DNA from: Candidatus Electronema halotolerans
Lineage (GTDB): Bacteria; Desulfobacterota; Desulfobulbia; Desulfobulbales; Desulfobulbaceae
NCBI GenBank assembly: GCA_942493095.1
Contig: OW818675.1
Coordinates: forward strand, 600,001 to 632,000
Direction of reading: 5' to 3'
DNA length: 32,000 bases
Part shown: piece after piece, positions 30,630-32,000 of the stretch
How positions within the stretch are numbered: the first letter of the stretch is position 1
Layout: each line of letters starts with the position of its first letter
Program-made: the position numbers and the translations under genes
Notes under the pieces: generated by a model
Databases searched by the model: none
What the model was told of the DNA's origin: nothing
What the model saw: the letters and a program-made list of their open reading frames with translations, nothing else

Positions 30630-31556
30630 TTACAAATCCTCGTCCGCCAAGGGCAGCACCTCAGCAAGGCTGCTTCGTCCCAGCAAAATCATGAAAAGAC
30701 GGTCAAGGCCAAGGGCGATTCCGGCGCATTCAGGTAGCTGGGCAAGAGCGCGGAGGAATTGCTCCGGCATCAGACTGCTGCTGATTCCGGCTTTGGCCAT
30801 CTCCATCTGAAACCGTTGCCGCTGGGCTGCTGCGTCAGTCAGTTCGGAAAAGCCGTTGGCCAGCTCAATGCCGTTGATGTACAGCTCCACTCGCTCGGCA
30901 AGCAGCGGATTATCCTGCTTGGGCCGGGCCAGCGCGGCCAAGGCTATTGGGTAATCACAAAGGAAAACCGCGCCCAAGCGGGCCAGCTCAGGCTCCACTT
31001 TCTCAACTAGGAGCAAATCGAAGTCACCTTTTCTGACCGCCTCTTCCGCAGCAATGCCAGTGAATTGCTGAAAGGCCTCGGCCACGGTCAGACGGGGCCA
31101 CGGTTCCGTCTGCATTGCCCACGCAGGTAGCGGCTGCCAGCCCTGTTCAGCGCAGAAGCGGGCCAGCGAGCGGACCAGCTCCTCGCATTCCGCCATCAGC
31201 TCCGCATAGCTCCAGCCGGTCTGGTACCATTCCAGCATGGTGAATTCTTCCTGATGGAGCCGCCCGCGCTCGCCTTTGCGGAAGCAATGGCAAATCTGGA
31301 AGAGCCGTTCGCAGCCATTGGCGAGCAGCCGTTTCATGCACAGTTCCGGCGAGGTCTGAAGGAAACGGTCTTCCGAGCGCAGAGGCTGAATTTCCGCCTC
31401 TGGGATGAGCGCGGGCAGACGGGCCGGGGTGTCAGCCTCTATATAGTCGTGGGCATGAAAAAAACTGCGCACTGTCTGAAGCAGGGCCGAGCGTTTGCGG
31501 AGGTCAGCGGGTGAAAGCATCTGATTGGCGCTGGGGCGTTTAGTTTCAGTAACCAT
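30630..31556 (-). CDS. epmA: EF-P (R)-beta-lysine ligase EpmA/PoxA/GenX (class II LysRS-like)
   Basis: LRKRSALLQTVRSFF; TDTPARLPALIPEAEIQPL; RLFQICHCFRKGERGRLHQEEFTMLEWY; ELYINGIELANGFSELTDAAAQRQRF; GIALGLDRLFMILLG. Confidence 0.93.
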   Translation of the reverse strand: MVTETKRPSANQMLSPADLRKRSALLQTVRSFFHAHDYIEADTPARLPALIPEAEIQPLRSEDRFLQTSPELCMKRLLANGCERLFQICHCFRKGERGRLHQEEFTMLEWYQTGWSYAELMAECEELVRSLARFCAEQGWQPLPAWAMQTEPWPRLTVAEAFQQFTGIAAEEAVRKGDFDLLLVEKVEPELARLGAVFLCDYPIALAALARPKQDNPLLAERVELYINGIELANGFSELTDAAAQRQRFQMEMAKAGISSSLMPEQFLRALAQLPECAGIALGLDRLFMILLGRSSLAEVLPLADEDL

Positions 31557-31617
31557 TTACAATGGTTGATCGGGCCAGCATAAAAAACATCCATCTTTCT
31601 GTCAACAGGGAACATGC

Positions 31618-31646
31618 TTGCTGTATGACTGTCTTTCGGCTATCAT
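31618..31646 (+). promoter_or_regulatory. Candidate promoter for the cobalamin-riboswitch transcript
   Basis: TTGCTG, 17-nt spacer, TATCAT; followed about 45 nt later by the riboswitch-like sequence. Confidence 0.5.
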
Positions 31647-31688
31647 GCGTCAACGGCAGCTTGGCCTGCCGCTTCACATCAAGAGAGA

Positions 31689-31834
31689 TGTTTCAGTGAA
31701 CGGAACACGGTGCGATTCCGTGGCATTCCCGATGCTGTGACCCCGAATAAGCTCTTCAGCAGATTGCAGCCACTGTTTTTCGTAAACGGGAAGGCTGCTG
31801 AATGAGCGGGGAAGCCAGAAGACGAACTGAATGT
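31689..31834 (+). promoter_or_regulatory. Cobalamin (B12) riboswitch-like leader
   Basis: Characteristic order: GGAACACGGTGCGATTCCGTGGC...GATGCTGTGACCCCG...GCAGCCACTG...ACGGGAAGGCTGC...GGGGAAGCCAGAAGAC; closing TTCAGT (31692-31697)/ACTGAA (31826-31831). Confidence 0.85.
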
Positions 31835-31861
31835 CGATATTTTTTTTGCGAACGCGATGGC

Positions 31862-31900
31862 AAAGGGTTCCGCAGAGCAATTGTTCTGCTGGAACCCTTT
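31862..31900 (+). promoter_or_regulatory. Strong hairpin between the riboswitch and start codon (possible expression platform)
   Basis: AAAGGGTTCCGCAGA-gcaattgt-TCTGC-t-GGAACCCTTT, 15 bp with one bulge. Confidence 0.65.
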
Positions 31901-31935
31901 CCGCTTCCGGCAGGGCAAAACCTACAAGGTGCGTC

Positions 31936-32000
31936 ATGAAAACCCAATTGGAAGCAGCCCGCGCAGGCATCATCACCAACGCAGTCCAAACAGTGGCCCA
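31936..32000 (+). CDS. N-terminus of a ThiC-family protein (thiC or bzaF-type 5-hydroxybenzimidazole synthase), cut by window end
   Basis: ATG opens MKTQLEAARAGIITNAVQTVA, the canonical ThiC/BzaF start; the cobalamin-riboswitch-like leader favours the Bza branch. Confidence 0.72.
   Translation, partial: MKTQLEAARAGIITNAVQTVA

Noticed and set aside
31681-31860. TPP riboswitch upstream of the ThiC-like start
   Set aside because: No CTGAGA...ACCC...GAACCTGAT-type blocks; the conserved sequence matches cobalamin riboswitch blocks instead.
31674-31989. Minus-strand ORFs (101, 79 and 78 aa) at the right edge
   Set aside because: They overlap the cobalamin-riboswitch-like leader and the start of the ThiC-family gene on the opposite strand and have no recognisable domain.

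Overview
This 32 kb bacterial window has gene content consistent with a deltaproteobacterial / Desulfobulbales-like genome. That placement is inference from gene content only. The main contents are: a PIN-domain toxin-antitoxin pair; pyruvate:ferredoxin oxidoreductase; an RluB/RsuA-type pseudouridine synthase; HU/IHF; RimO; a decayed AMP-binding (OleC-like) pseudogene next to IS-end remnants; a secreted beta-helix-like protein; and a secreted protein with six near-identical 234-bp repeats. Further right are an AsmA-like protein, CrcB/FluC, a large NACHT/STAND-type NTPase, a degenerate 21-bp (heptapeptide) tandem array, and a HAD-like protein. Next comes a locus combining a secreted FmdE-like protein, a TonB-dependent receptor, an FmdE/zinc-ribbon protein, a peptide/nickel-type binding protein and a permease. 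The right end has an intact IS5-like element with TIRs and a 4-bp TSD, an EpmA homologue, and a cobalamin-riboswitch-like leader before the first codons of a ThiC/BzaF-like gene cut by the window edge. The most interesting signal is a structured element present twice, upstream of the secreted FmdE-like gene and upstream of the TonB receptor gene. Its two copies share an ungapped 47-nt core with conserved pairing potential, and I do not recognise it. The second strongest is the cobalamin-riboswitch-like leader on the ThiC/BzaF-like gene. The third is the NACHT NTPase with a REP-like extended C-terminus followed by the heptad array.
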